Assembly (NCBI GenBank): GCA_028286915.1
Contig: JAQBQQ010000023.1
Coordinates: forward strand, 8,005 to 72,004
DNA from: Candidatus Peribacteria bacterium
GTDB lineage: Bacteria; Patescibacteriota; Gracilibacteria; Peribacterales; Peribacteraceae
DNA: 64,000 nt
Direction: 5' to 3'
Shown: positions 45,589 to 55,432 of the stretch, in pieces
Layout: every line of letters begins with the position of its first letter
How positions within the stretch are numbered: the stretch's first letter is position 1
Notes under the pieces: model-generated
The model's database searches: none
What the model saw: the letters and a program-made list of their open reading frames with translations, nothing else
What the model was told of the DNA's origin: nothing
Translations under genes and position numbers: made by a program

Positions 45589-46446
45589 ATGAGACATGGT
45601 TTTCTCCTCATCGATAAGTCCGTTGGCCCTACCAGCCACGATATTGTGGGGCAGGCGCGGCGCGTATTGCACGAAAAAAGCATTGGGCACCTGGGTACGC
45701 TGGATCCGGCGGCTTCGGGTTTGATGGTTCTGGCCGTGGGCAAAAAGGCGCTTAAAGTTGTAGAGCTTTTTGTGGGTCTGGATAAAGAATACGAGGCGGC
45801 CGTGAAGCTGGGCGCCGTGAGTTCCACGTATGACCGTGACGGCATTATTGATGAATCCACTGTTCCCATGGGTTGGACTGTTCCGGAGGAGGCGATTGTG
45901 CGCCGGACGATAGCAGACCGGTTCACGGGAACAATTTCGCAGGTGCCACCGGCGCATTCGGCAGTGAAGATTGATGGCCGGCGGGCGTATGACATGGCGC
46001 GCAAAGGGCAGGAAGTCATTATTGCTCCGCGCGAGGTGACTATTCTGGAATGCAGTGTTTTGAATTACGCCTACCCGCAGTTGGATCTGCGTATTCGTTC
46101 CAGTTCCGGGACATATATCCGGTCTCTGGCGCACGACTTGGGACAGGTGCTGCACTGCGGCGGTTATCTGGCCGCTTTGCGACGGACCAAAGTGGGAGCC
46201 TGGACTGTAGCCGATGCCGTCCAGTCCGATGCCGTTACCTGGTCGGATGTTTTTCCGCTGAAAGAAGTACTGGCAGGGCTGCCGCGTTTGGATGTGTCTG
46301 ATGATGAATACCAGAATATGCAGCACGGCAAAGATCTGCCGTATACGATTGATGCACTCACTATCGCCTGGCATGCAGGCTTACCGGTTGCCGTACTGGA
46401 GCATGGTAAGCAGGAGGGGACGGTGCATGCGAGGAAAGTGTTTTAA
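45589..46446 (+). CDS. truB: tRNA pseudouridine(55) synthase
   Basis: 285 aa. GFLLIDKSVGPTSHD and the catalytic GHLGTLDPAASG. Confidence 0.95.
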   Translation: MRHGFLLIDKSVGPTSHDIVGQARRVLHEKSIGHLGTLDPAASGLMVLAVGKKALKVVELFVGLDKEYEAAVKLGAVSSTYDRDGIIDESTVPMGWTVPEEAIVRRTIADRFTGTISQVPPAHSAVKIDGRRAYDMARKGQEVIIAPREVTILECSVLNYAYPQLDLRIRSSSGTYIRSLAHDLGQVLHCGGYLAALRRTKVGAWTVADAVQSDAVTWSDVFPLKEVLAGLPRLDVSDDEYQNMQHGKDLPYTIDALTIAWHAGLPVAVLEHGKQEGTVHARKVF

Positions 46447-46495
46447 GGGAAAGAGACATAAACGATGCATGAACATTTTTCTTGTTTTGTTTGTC

Positions 46496-47131
46496 TCACT
46501 TGCTTCTCTTATGTTTGATGTACTCGTACACCGGTGGCAACAGCGACAGTGCAATAATAGCCAGAATGACGTACGAGAAATTTTTCTCCACGCTGGGGAT
46601 AGTGCCAAAGAAGTAGCCGCTGCCAAGAAATAGACCTACCCATAGGATGCCGCCGACAATATTGTATGTAATGAACGTTGTGTAATTCATGGCGCCAATA
46701 CCGGCCACGAACGGAGCGAATGTACGGATAATAGGAATGAACCGCGCAATAATAATAGTTTTGGTTCCGTATTTTGCATAAAAGTCCTGCGCTTTTTGCA
46801 GGTGATCCGCGCGCAACCACTTATGGTTCCGGGTAAAGACCTTTGGGCCGAGCGCCCGGCCGATAGCGTAGTTCATCGTGTCGCCCAGAATGGCTGCCGC
46901 TGCCAACAGAATAAAAAGAACTACAATATTGAATGATCCTTTGGCGGCAAATGTCCCGGCTGCGAATAGTAAAGAGTCACCGGGAAGAAACGGCATAATG
47001 ACCAGGCCGGTTTCTACAAGGATAATCAAAAATAACAGTGCATATGTCAGAGCCCCATATTGGGCAATGACTGTTTCCAGGTGTTTATCCAAATGCAAGA
47101 AGAGATCGACGAGAATGGAGAGGAAGTGCAT
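46496..47131 (-). CDS. DedA-family (VTT domain) membrane protein
   Basis: 211 aa. The LPGDSLLFAAG and ARFIPIIRTFAPFVAG motifs. Confidence 0.9.
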   Translation of the reverse strand: MHFLSILVDLFLHLDKHLETVIAQYGALTYALLFLIILVETGLVIMPFLPGDSLLFAAGTFAAKGSFNIVVLFILLAAAAILGDTMNYAIGRALGPKVFTRNHKWLRADHLQKAQDFYAKYGTKTIIIARFIPIIRTFAPFVAGIGAMNYTTFITYNIVGGILWVGLFLGSGYFFGTIPSVEKNFSYVILAIIALSLLPPVYEYIKHKRSK

Positions 47132-47201
47132 GGGAAATATGAAAAATAAGTGATTGCATGGTACTGGTTTACGGTAGATGCCGACAGGGTGTTTATTTGT
47201 A

Positions 47202-47453
47202 TCAAATTGATTTTTTCTTCAAAAGCTCTATTTTCTGCGCCCGCGCCCATCGCTTTACCTCATATTCCCGTTTCCGCGCCTCGGATAATGTCTCATATTC
47301 TTCTGAATAAATAATCTTCACCGGCCGGCGGCTGCGGGTGTATTTGGCGCCCGTTCCATCATTGTGTTTTGCCTCTCTGGCCGCAAGATCCAGACATGTG
47401 CCGCTATAGAGCGTTTTGTCGCGGCAACGGGCGATATAAAAGAAATGAGGCAT
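47202..47453 (-). CDS. GIY-YIG nuclease-domain protein (YhbQ/UPF0213-like)
   Basis: 83 aa. FFYIARCRDKTLYSGTCLDLAAREAKHN...KYT...E..A...E..VK is a minimal GIY-YIG core. Confidence 0.8.
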   Translation of the reverse strand: MPHFFYIARCRDKTLYSGTCLDLAAREAKHNDGTGAKYTRSRRPVKIIYSEEYETLSEARKREYEVKRWARAQKIELLKKKSI

Positions 47454-47549
47454 AACCGCATTCTACCGCACACGCATACAAAATTCTTATTGTGGAGCAG
47501 TGGCTCTGTTTGCTATTGTCTGCACCTCCACAAGGGTTATATACAAATG

Positions 47550-47623
47550 GGACAGTAGCTCAGTGGTAGAGCAGTTGCCTCTTAAGCAATTGGCCGCGGG
47601 TTCAAATCCCGCCTGTCCCACCA
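47550..47623 (+). tRNA. tRNA-Lys (anticodon CTT), CCA encoded
   Basis: Cloverleaf gggacag/ctgtccc, anticodon loop ctCTTaa, T arm gcggg-ttcaaat-cccgc. Confidence 0.9.
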
Positions 47624-47767
47624 TCCTTCGCGCAGCGAAGGATGCCGTCCGTAGTTCCTGAGCCTAAGTATATCATTCATTTCCGAAACTGCTGCGCTAC
47701 GAATGGCGAGCCATCAGGAACGATGGTTTATTTACATGCCGTTATATTACCACCTTAAAAAATAGAT

Positions 47768-47801
47768 CCCAAAACTCACAACTCAAGCTTCGAGACTCGC
47801 G
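47768..47801. repeat. GAGTYKY heptamer tract (minus sense) just downstream of a stop codon
   Basis: Minus strand reads gagtctc gaagctt gagttgt gagtttt ggg. Same word family as the murD and murF tracts. Confidence 0.7.
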
Positions 47802-47802
47802 T

Positions 47803-48399
47803 CTATTCATCCTCGTCCTCGTGCTCATCTTTCAGACAATGTTTCTGAATGGTCTTCCAGTCGTAGGGGAACTTGAAGGTTTCCACGGCGCGGACAATGG
47901 CGGCAAAGCAAAGCCAGGGATTTTCTTTGGTATAGATGAAGGAGTTTCCGCTTTCCTCGACAGGGTTATAATCTTCCAGAATTGTCTGCGGAAGTGAGAC
48001 GGGGATAACGGCATGGGTAAGACATTGCAGTATATCTTCCCTGGTTGGGTCACCGAAGAAGATGGCCATATCGGAGGCGGCCATCATTTTGCGGATACCG
48101 GTTTCATCATGCGGGACAATGTGCACGCGGTGTGATTCCTCATTTGTCAGTTTCGTAAACAGCGCGCCATAATCAGCTGTGCCTTTGCCCAGGATAAGAA
48201 GCTGAATGTTCTGGCTCAGAATTCCGGGTAAAGCCGCTTTCATCAGCTCGCCGCCAAGCGCATCTGTCATACCCAGTGGCAGACAAAGCAGTGGAACTTT
48301 CGGTTCCTTTGGCCAACCACACTCCATTTGCATGGCGAGCTTGGTTTGCATTTTCTGCTCCAACGGGCCGGGGACTTTCTTGGAAAGGGAAGCGTGCAT
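47803..48399 (-). CDS. glycogen/starch synthase C-terminal-domain-like protein (truncated, degenerate)
   Basis: 198 aa. Aligns by eye with the C-terminal Rossmann half of GlgA (VPLLC..., LLILGKGTADY...). The PSRFEPCGL catalytic region is replaced by FFGDPTREDIL, and no N-terminal half is present. Confidence 0.55.
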   Translation of the reverse strand: MHASLSKKVPGPLEQKMQTKLAMQMECGWPKEPKVPLLCLPLGMTDALGGELMKAALPGILSQNIQLLILGKGTADYGALFTKLTNEESHRVHIVPHDETGIRKMMAASDMAIFFGDPTREDILQCLTHAVIPVSLPQTILEDYNPVEESGNSFIYTKENPWLCFAAIVRAVETFKFPYDWKTIQKHCLKDEHEDEDE

Positions 48400-48577
48400 G
48401 AATGTGTGTGGGTTTTGATATGAAGATATTAGGTTATTATAGCGGAAAATTGACGGCCACGGTAGTCAGCACTTATTGACAATATATATGTATATTATTA
48501 AATATAATTGTCGTGAAAACCAGAAAAATAGACGCTCCATTCTTGTCCTTTTTCCAGAGGTAGAGCATTCTACGCCT

Positions 48578-49531
48578 ATGCGACAGCATCTTGTGCTTAT
48601 TGATGGCCACCACCTTATGTATCGGGCTTTTTTTGCCATTCCGCGCACTATGCAGACATCCGGAGGAGAGCTGACAAATGCCGTGTTCGGCGTGGCGTCC
48701 ATGCTGCTGACGATTATAAAAATGGAGCAGCCGGACAGCCTGGCCTTTTGTTTTGATGCCGGCGAGGCGACGTTTCGGCATCAGGAGAATGCAACGTATA
48801 AAGACGGCCGCGCCACGACACCGGATGAATTTTATACGCAGATCCCGCGGATTCTGGAGCTTATAGACGCCTTCGGTTTCAGGCATGTGGCCGATGCGCA
48901 GTATGAAGCCGATGATTTTTTGGGTGCCTATGCCTGTCAGGCGGCAGAAGACGGCATGCGCGCCACTATTGTAAGTGGCGACCGTGACTTGTTTCAGATG
49001 GCATCGGAGCATATTCGCATTGCCATACCGCATAAGGCGTATCAGCAGGCGGAGTACCTGGGGCCGCAGGAGATTCTGGCCAAGTATGGCGTGCGGCCGG
49101 ATCAAATTGCTTCGTATAAAGGTCTTACCGGCGACAGCTCGGATAATCTGCCCGGTGTTACGGGCATTGGTCCCAAGACTGCGTCCGGGCTTCTGCAGCA
49201 GTATGGAACATTGCAGGGTATTTATGATCACATAGAGGATGTAAAGCCGACGGTACGTGAAAAGCTGCTGCGGGATAAAGAGCAGGCATTCTTTTGTGAG
49301 CGCATGGCCACCCTGGTGTGTGATTTGCCATTGCCGTTGCCACTGGAGGAATTGGCATTGCAGACTATTCCGGTTGATGCGGCACATGCGCTGTTTGAGG
49401 AGCTGGAATTTACCATGCTTTCCCGTCGCCTGGATTCGCTGTGTAAAACGCCTTACGGACTGGCTCATTTCCAGGTGTCTGATACGGAAAAAAAGAAAGT
49501 GGAAGCGGCATCGCAGCTGTCGTTGTTTTAG
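48578..49531 (+). CDS. stand-alone 5'-3' exonuclease / flap endonuclease (Pol I N-terminal domain)
   Basis: ORF 48476..49531. LVLIDGHHLMYRAFFA, EADDFLG, SGDRDLFQ and GDSSDNLPGVTGIGPKTA motifs. No polymerase domain follows. Confidence 0.9.
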   Translation: MRQHLVLIDGHHLMYRAFFAIPRTMQTSGGELTNAVFGVASMLLTIIKMEQPDSLAFCFDAGEATFRHQENATYKDGRATTPDEFYTQIPRILELIDAFGFRHVADAQYEADDFLGAYACQAAEDGMRATIVSGDRDLFQMASEHIRIAIPHKAYQQAEYLGPQEILAKYGVRPDQIASYKGLTGDSSDNLPGVTGIGPKTASGLLQQYGTLQGIYDHIEDVKPTVREKLLRDKEQAFFCERMATLVCDLPLPLPLEELALQTIPVDAAHALFEELEFTMLSRRLDSLCKTPYGLAHFQVSDTEKKKVEAASQLSLF

Positions 49532-49943
49532 GGAGGGGCAACAGAAGCGGGAGACGCAAGAGAGGTGCAGAAAACCATTGTGTCTTCTGTGCTCCTGTTT
49601 TCTTTCTCAAGAACATACAAATCACGTGTTTTCTATTTTCTTCATAAATATTGCCAGTAAGTTTTTTTGCTGATGCGTCATGGAGTTTTTTCTTATGATC
49701 ACAAATGATGAACAGTGTTATTTTGCATGCATTCTGTTGAATACTTTTTTTGGTTTATGCTTTCGTATGGCGCTAAAAATTGAGTAGTTCTTGTGAACAT
49801 ACAATGAGTATCTGTATACCAAACGTAGTCAAAGCGCTCTTGCACACAAGTTTCTTCGGAGATTAGACTGATTCAGATTTCACTTTTTGTGATCAGCTCT
49901 CCATCCGCTCTCTTCTCTTACTTCACGATCCCATTCCATCGCC

Positions 49944-51179
49944 ATGCCAAAAGAACGCGTTCTCGCCAGTCTTGATATAGGAAGTTCTAAAATTCGGACC
50001 GTTATTGCTGTCGTTGACGGTGAAAAACAGGTGGAGCGTGTTCCAAGCGTTATTGGTGTCGGCGTATCGCCGTCACTGGGTATGCGCAAGGGGCATGTAA
50101 TTGATGTTGAAGAGCTCATCCATAATATCATCTCTTCCCTGGAAGACGCCGAGCGGATGGCTGGCGTTCCGGTGAACCATGTATTCGTGGGTATGAGCGG
50201 TTCGCATATTGAGTCATTTGACAGCCGCGGCGTCATTGCCATTTCCGGTTCGGAGATTTCCATTGAGGATATTATGCGCGTTTTGGAGGCGGCTCAGGCT
50301 GTGAGTATTCCGCAGAATCGTCGCATTTTGCATATTGAACCAAAATCATATGCTGTAGACGAACAGCGTGGTATCAAAAACCCGACCGGCATGACCGGTA
50401 TTCGTCTGGAAGTGGAGGCGCACATTGTGACCGGTCACATTCAGCATGTGAAGAATATAGAGAAGTGCATAGATCAGGCCGGCGTGGATATAGATGCGCT
50501 GGTGCCTGCCACTATTGCCGCACCGGAAGCAACGCTTACCAAGCGTCAGAAAGAATTGGGCGTGGTGTGTATAGATATTGGTGCCGGTTGTACGGGTATT
50601 ACGGTGTTTGAAGAGGGAACTATTTTGCACTCGGTCAATCTGCCAATCGGTGGCGAGAGCGTGACATCGGATATCGCTATCGGGCTCAGGACTTCTATAG
50701 ATACGGCGGAGAAGATTAAGATTGAGTACGGTTCCGTACTGCCTACCGAAATGAATGAACGTGACATGATTGATCTGTCATCGGTAAGCAAAGTGGATAC
50801 GCAGACCATCAGCCGTCGCTACATGGCGGAAATTATGCAGGCCCGTTACTACGAAATTTTCTCGCTGGCCAAAGCGGAGCTTACGCGCTTGGGCAGAGCA
50901 GGAATGTTGCCTGCAGGAGCGGTGCTTACGGGTGCTGCCGTCAAGGCGCCCGGTGTTATCGATTTAGCCCGTGATGTTCTTGGGCTGCCGGTCCAGATGG
51001 GCTTTCCGGTGGATATTGGCGGTGTCATAGAAAAGGTGGACGACCCGGCATATGCCACGGCGCTTGGAACACTTATCTGGGGTATGCGTGATGATGAGAA
51101 CGCTGTTCGCGGCAGTTCTTTCCAGATGAAGCGTGCTGTGAAACAGGTAAGTTCCTGGCTTAAAAGTTTATTCCCTTAG
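49944..51179 (+). CDS. ftsA: cell division protein FtsA
   Basis: 411 aa. Actin-like ATPase motifs LDIGSSKIR and CIDIGAGCTGI. Confidence 0.95.
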   Translation: MPKERVLASLDIGSSKIRTVIAVVDGEKQVERVPSVIGVGVSPSLGMRKGHVIDVEELIHNIISSLEDAERMAGVPVNHVFVGMSGSHIESFDSRGVIAISGSEISIEDIMRVLEAAQAVSIPQNRRILHIEPKSYAVDEQRGIKNPTGMTGIRLEVEAHIVTGHIQHVKNIEKCIDQAGVDIDALVPATIAAPEATLTKRQKELGVVCIDIGAGCTGITVFEEGTILHSVNLPIGGESVTSDIAIGLRTSIDTAEKIKIEYGSVLPTEMNERDMIDLSSVSKVDTQTISRRYMAEIMQARYYEIFSLAKAELTRLGRAGMLPAGAVLTGAAVKAPGVIDLARDVLGLPVQMGFPVDIGGVIEKVDDPAYATALGTLIWGMRDDENAVRGSSFQMKRAVKQVSSWLKSLFP

Positions 51180-51244
51180 GCGTTTTTCCGCCCTGGCGGA
51201 TAACTCCACACTATATCTTTCCCACTGATTTTCTCCCCCCTCCC

Positions 51245-52477
51245 ATGTCCGATACTTTTCGCTCTCTCTTCTCTGGCTCAAAAGGCACCGGCGCCGGTGG
51301 CACGCGCGGTGACGATACATCCGGCTCCGGCCGCGAAGTGCGCCCCGATGTTTTGCCCGGTGCGGTTATCCGCGTTTTGGGAGCCGGTGGCGGTGGAGCC
51401 AATGCTGTTGCCCGTATGATCCAAGGGAAAATTCAGGGTGTTGAGTTTATTGCCGTCAATACAGACGTGCAGGCGCTTTACAATAACCCGGCGCAGAAGA
51501 AAATCACGATTGGCCGCGGAACCACGCGCGGGCTTGGCGCCGGTGCCAACCCGGAAATAGGCAAGCGTGCCGCCGAGGAAAGTATGGAGGAAATCAAGGC
51601 TGCCATAGAAGGAACAGACCTGCTCTTTATTACGGTTGGCCTGGGTGGCGGTACGGGTACGGGCTGCGTTGCTGTTATTGCCGAAGCCGCCCGCAGCATG
51701 GGTATACTAACTGTTGCCGTCGTTACCCGTCCGTTCAGCTTTGAAGGCTTCAAGCGCAAGAAGCAGGCTGATGAGGCACTGGAGGCACTCAAAGGAAAAG
51801 TAGATACGTTGATCACTATTCCGAATGATAAGATTTTGTCCCTTATTGATAAGACGACACCGCTCACCGAGGCCTTCCAGGTGGTGGATGAAGTCTTGAA
51901 GCATGCCATTGAGGGCATTTCCACGCTCATCACCGTTCACGGTATCGTGAACGTCGACTTTGCCGACGTGAAAGCCATTATGCAGGATGCCGGTACGGCA
52001 CTCATGGGTATCGGTTACGGAACAGGCGATAACCGCGCCGCCGAGGCCGCCCGCGCAGCTATCGATAGCCCGCTTTTGGAAACCAGCATTACCGGCGCGC
52101 AGGGAATTCTGTTCAACGTTACCGGTGGAAACGATCTCTCCATGTACGAAGTGGATGAAGCAGCCCGCATTATTACGGAGGCCGCCGCACCGGAAGCGAA
52201 CATTATCTTTGGTGCCGTTATCGACGAAGCGTACACCGGCCAGGTAAAAGTGACGGTGGTAGCAACCGGGTTTGACGAAGCCGCCATGCAGAGCAGCCAA
52301 ATGGCCAGCCCCGCCCAGCGTATTGTGCAGAATAACTTCTCCCGTCCCAGTGATCAGCGTCAGGAGCCTTCCCGTTCTTCCCGCTCACAGGAAACAACAT
52401 ATAAATCTTCCGCCCTGGATTTGGACGAGCAGGAACTGGAAGTGCCGGCGTTTATGCGCAAGCCTCTTAGTAAATAA
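51245..52477 (+). CDS. ftsZ: cell division protein FtsZ
   Basis: 410 aa. Tubulin signature GGGTGTG, NTDVQAL, and the C-terminal peptide LEVPAFMRK. Confidence 0.97.
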   Translation: MSDTFRSLFSGSKGTGAGGTRGDDTSGSGREVRPDVLPGAVIRVLGAGGGGANAVARMIQGKIQGVEFIAVNTDVQALYNNPAQKKITIGRGTTRGLGAGANPEIGKRAAEESMEEIKAAIEGTDLLFITVGLGGGTGTGCVAVIAEAARSMGILTVAVVTRPFSFEGFKRKKQADEALEALKGKVDTLITIPNDKILSLIDKTTPLTEAFQVVDEVLKHAIEGISTLITVHGIVNVDFADVKAIMQDAGTALMGIGYGTGDNRAAEAARAAIDSPLLETSITGAQGILFNVTGGNDLSMYEVDEAARIITEAAAPEANIIFGAVIDEAYTGQVKVTVVATGFDEAAMQSSQMASPAQRIVQNNFSRPSDQRQEPSRSSRSQETTYKSSALDLDEQELEVPAFMRKPLSK

Positions 52478-52478
52478 T

Positions 52479-52611
52479 TACGTTAGTTCGTTGGTTGGTT
52501 TGTTCGTTTATAGTTAAGGACCGCGAGTGATTGCGGTCTTTAACTATATTTACATTTTGATCCTGGTATATTGAAACGATTAACGAGCCAACGATAAACC
52601 AATCAACTAAT
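52479..52611. repeat. TTGGTT-family arms in inverted orientation flanking a terminator hairpin
   Basis: The left arm ttacgttagttcgttggttggtttgttcgtttat and the right arm aaacgattaacgagccaacgataaaccaatcaactaat bracket the hairpin at 52511-52546. Confidence 0.7.
52511..52546. terminator. bidirectional hairpin terminator between ftsZ and eno
   Basis: 14-bp stem tagttaaggaccgc/gcggtctttaacta (one G:T pair) with an 8-nt loop. Confidence 0.7.
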
Positions 52612-53880
52612 AGTGAATGGCGACACATACGCCGCCTTCTCGCCAAGCTCTTCTTCTATGCGCAGCAGTTCGTTGTATTTGCACACGCGGTCGGTGCGGG
52701 AGAGGGAACCGGTTTTGATCTGACCGGTTTGCAGGCCTACTGCCAGGTGCGCAATGAATGTGTCTTCGGTCTCGCCACTGCGGTGGCTGACAACCGCATT
52801 CCAGCCGTTTTTCTGGGCCAGCTGAATGGCGTCCACTGTCTCGGAAATTGTGCCGATCTGGTTTACCTTGATAAGGACGGCATTGGCGGCTTTTTTCCGG
52901 AGTGCTTCTTCAATGCGTTTTACGTTTGTTACCAGTAAATCATCACCCACAATTTGCGTATGCGCCGATGCGGCCAGAAGGGAAGCGAAGCCGTCCCAGT
53001 CGTCTTCGCTGTGGCTGTCTTCCAGGCTAATGAGCGGGTACTCGCGCATGAGTTCCTGGTAGTAGGCGGTGAGTTCGGCGGAAGTCAGTTTTTTGCCGTC
53101 CACATTGTATGTTCCATCGGCATAAAATTCGGACGCGGCGGCATCGATACCGAGTTTTACACGGCCCGTGTAGCCGGCTGCATCAATGGCCTGCATAAGG
53201 AAGGCGAACGCCTCTTTGCTGTCTTTAACGTGCGGGGCGAACCCGCCTTCATCCCCTACGGCCGTACTGTGGCCGGCATCGTGCAGTAATTTTTTGAGTG
53301 TCATGAAGATTTCATCGCCGGCGCGGAGCGCTTCGGAAAAGCTGGCGAAATCCACCGGAATAATCATGCATTCCTGGAAGCTGAGGCCGCTGTCGGCGTG
53401 CTTGCCGCCATTAATGACGTTCATCATAGGCATTGGCAGTGTGATTTTCCCGGACAGTTCCACGCCATATTGTTCGGCCAGTGATTGCCAGAGGGATTTT
53501 TTATCTGACACGGACCGTGCGCGGCAAACGGCCATGGATACACCTAAAATGGCATTGGCGCCGAGTATGGATTTATTATCGGTGCCGTCCAATTGTATAA
53601 GCGCCGTATCAATAAGCCGCTGATCCGAAACGGACATTCCCTTGAGCTTGCTCAGAATAGGACCTTTCACATTCGCGACAGCTTTGTAGACGGATTTCCC
53701 CTGGTACAGCTTCTTGTCACCATCGCGCAGTTCCAGTGCTTCATGCGACCCCGTGGACGCACCGGATGGAACGGCAGCCCGGCCGAATGAGCCGTCACTA
53801 AGAAGACAATCGACTTCAATAGTAGGTGTGCCGCGGGAATCCAGAATCTGGCGGGCGGTAAGAGAAGAGATGGTTGGCAT
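52603..53880 (-). CDS. eno: enolase (phosphopyruvate hydratase)
   Basis: ORF 52603..53928. ARQILDSRGTPTIEV N-terminus and the SHRSGETEDTFIA signature. Start taken at MPTISS. Confidence 0.95.
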   Translation of the reverse strand: MPTISSLTARQILDSRGTPTIEVDCLLSDGSFGRAAVPSGASTGSHEALELRDGDKKLYQGKSVYKAVANVKGPILSKLKGMSVSDQRLIDTALIQLDGTDNKSILGANAILGVSMAVCRARSVSDKKSLWQSLAEQYGVELSGKITLPMPMMNVINGGKHADSGLSFQECMIIPVDFASFSEALRAGDEIFMTLKKLLHDAGHSTAVGDEGGFAPHVKDSKEAFAFLMQAIDAAGYTGRVKLGIDAAASEFYADGTYNVDGKKLTSAELTAYYQELMREYPLISLEDSHSEDDWDGFASLLAASAHTQIVGDDLLVTNVKRIEEALRKKAANAVLIKVNQIGTISETVDAIQLAQKNGWNAVVSHRSGETEDTFIAHLAVGLQTGQIKTGSLSRTDRVCKYNELLRIEEELGEKAAYVSPFTIS

Positions 53881-53957
53881 GGGGTGAGGAGGAAGGGCAG
53901 GTTGTAAGATACAAGTTTTAAGACTCACTATTCAAACGTAAGACTCAGCGGTACACA

Positions 53958-55370
53958 TTACGATACAGTCCGAACCTGAATAGAATTTACATTCTCGTCG
54001 TGCACGCTTACTTTGGACAGAAGGACAACCTTGTCACCCGCTTTGCGAATGCCGCGTTTCTTTAGTTCGCTGAAGGCTGCCTGAATAGTTGTTTCCGGAT
54101 CAGTGTCGTAAGGCAGAAGCAAAGGCTGGACGCCGAAAAGAATTTGCATGCGGCGCTGGAGGAGGGGATCCGCCGTAAAGGCTACAATAGGGAAGGCCGA
54201 GCGGCAGCGGCTGAGCGCGCGCGCCGTAGTACCGGTCTGGCTAAGGACAACAATAAGCGGGTTTTCCAGCGCGGTTGCCATGGTAACCGCAGCCAGGGCG
54301 CGGGCAATGGCCGGTTCTTCCTGTAAGTCTTCGTGGCAGAATATCTGTTCGGCGGTTGGCATGTGTGTTTCGGTTTCCACCAGCACGCGTGCCATCATTT
54401 CTAATGATTCCACCGGGTACTTGCCGGCAGCCATTTCGCCGGAGAGCATGGTGGTATCTGTTCCTGTTACGGCTGCGTGAGCAATATCCGTCACTTCCGC
54501 ACGCGTTGGCAGCGGGTGCAGAATCATGCTTTCCAGCATGTGCGTGGCTACGATCACCGGCTTCCCGGCTTCCCGGCAGTGCAATACGATTTCATCCTGA
54601 ATGGCCGGTACGCGTTCAATGGGAATCTCGGCACCCAGGTCGCCACGCGCCACCATAACAGCATCGGATTCCTGAATGATTTCGGCAATATTCTGTACGG
54701 CAATGTCGTTCTCTATCTTGGCGATAATCTGCATGGTTGAATTATTTTTCTTAATAAACTCGCGCACCTCGCGGATATCCTGTGCCGTGCGCACGAAAGA
54801 CAGTGCCACAAAATCCACTTGTTCCTGGCAGCCCATGGCAATGTCGGCATAGTCTTTCTCGGTAACGGATGGCAGGCTTACGTGTGCGCCAGGCAGATTT
54901 ATGTGCCGGCGGCTGCCAATGGAGCCGTCGCCCTGGGCGCGGCCATGCGCATGCGTGTCTGTTGCCTTAACTATATCGAAGAATAATTCACCGTTATCCA
55001 GCAGAATATATTTGGCCTGCTGCACGTCTTTGGCAAATTCCGGGTAATTGACCTTGATGACCTGCAGGCCTTTGGTATCTGTTATATCTTCATAGCTGAA
55101 AATAACTTCCTGGCCTTTGGTAATAGTAATCGGTGTTTCCACATCGCCGGTCCGGATTTCCGAGCCTTTGGTATCCAGCATAATCGCCATATTGATATCG
55201 CCTTTATCATTGAAGCCGCGGAGCATTTTGATAGTCTCGCGGTGGCTTTCCAGTGAGCCATGAGAGAAGTTAAGCCGCGCAATATTCATGCCGGCTTTGG
55301 CCAGCGATGTAACGCCCTCCGGTGAGTTGGATGCCGGGCCCAGTGTGCAAATAATTTTGGTAAGTCGCAT
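53958..55370 (-). CDS. pyk: pyruvate kinase
   Basis: 470 aa. TKIICTLGPAS, MVARGDLG, and the overall PK domain order. Confidence 0.95.
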   Translation of the reverse strand: MRLTKIICTLGPASNSPEGVTSLAKAGMNIARLNFSHGSLESHRETIKMLRGFNDKGDINMAIMLDTKGSEIRTGDVETPITITKGQEVIFSYEDITDTKGLQVIKVNYPEFAKDVQQAKYILLDNGELFFDIVKATDTHAHGRAQGDGSIGSRRHINLPGAHVSLPSVTEKDYADIAMGCQEQVDFVALSFVRTAQDIREVREFIKKNNSTMQIIAKIENDIAVQNIAEIIQESDAVMVARGDLGAEIPIERVPAIQDEIVLHCREAGKPVIVATHMLESMILHPLPTRAEVTDIAHAAVTGTDTTMLSGEMAAGKYPVESLEMMARVLVETETHMPTAEQIFCHEDLQEEPAIARALAAVTMATALENPLIVVLSQTGTTARALSRCRSAFPIVAFTADPLLQRRMQILFGVQPLLLPYDTDPETTIQAAFSELKKRGIRKAGDKVVLLSKVSVHDENVNSIQVRTVS

Positions 55371-55432
55371 AGTTGAGAATGAAAGAATTGATACTACTAG
55401 TCTACGTGATGGAAAAGGGAATAACAGACGAA

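Noticed and set aside
45544-46374. 276-aa and 164-aa minus-strand ORFs
   Set aside because: Antisense to truB, which carries the catalytic GTLDP motif. Their composition is Arg/Pro/His-rich, as is typical of shadow ORFs.
48473-49468. 331-aa minus-strand ORF
   Set aside because: Antisense to the well-supported 5'-3' exonuclease gene. No recognisable motifs.
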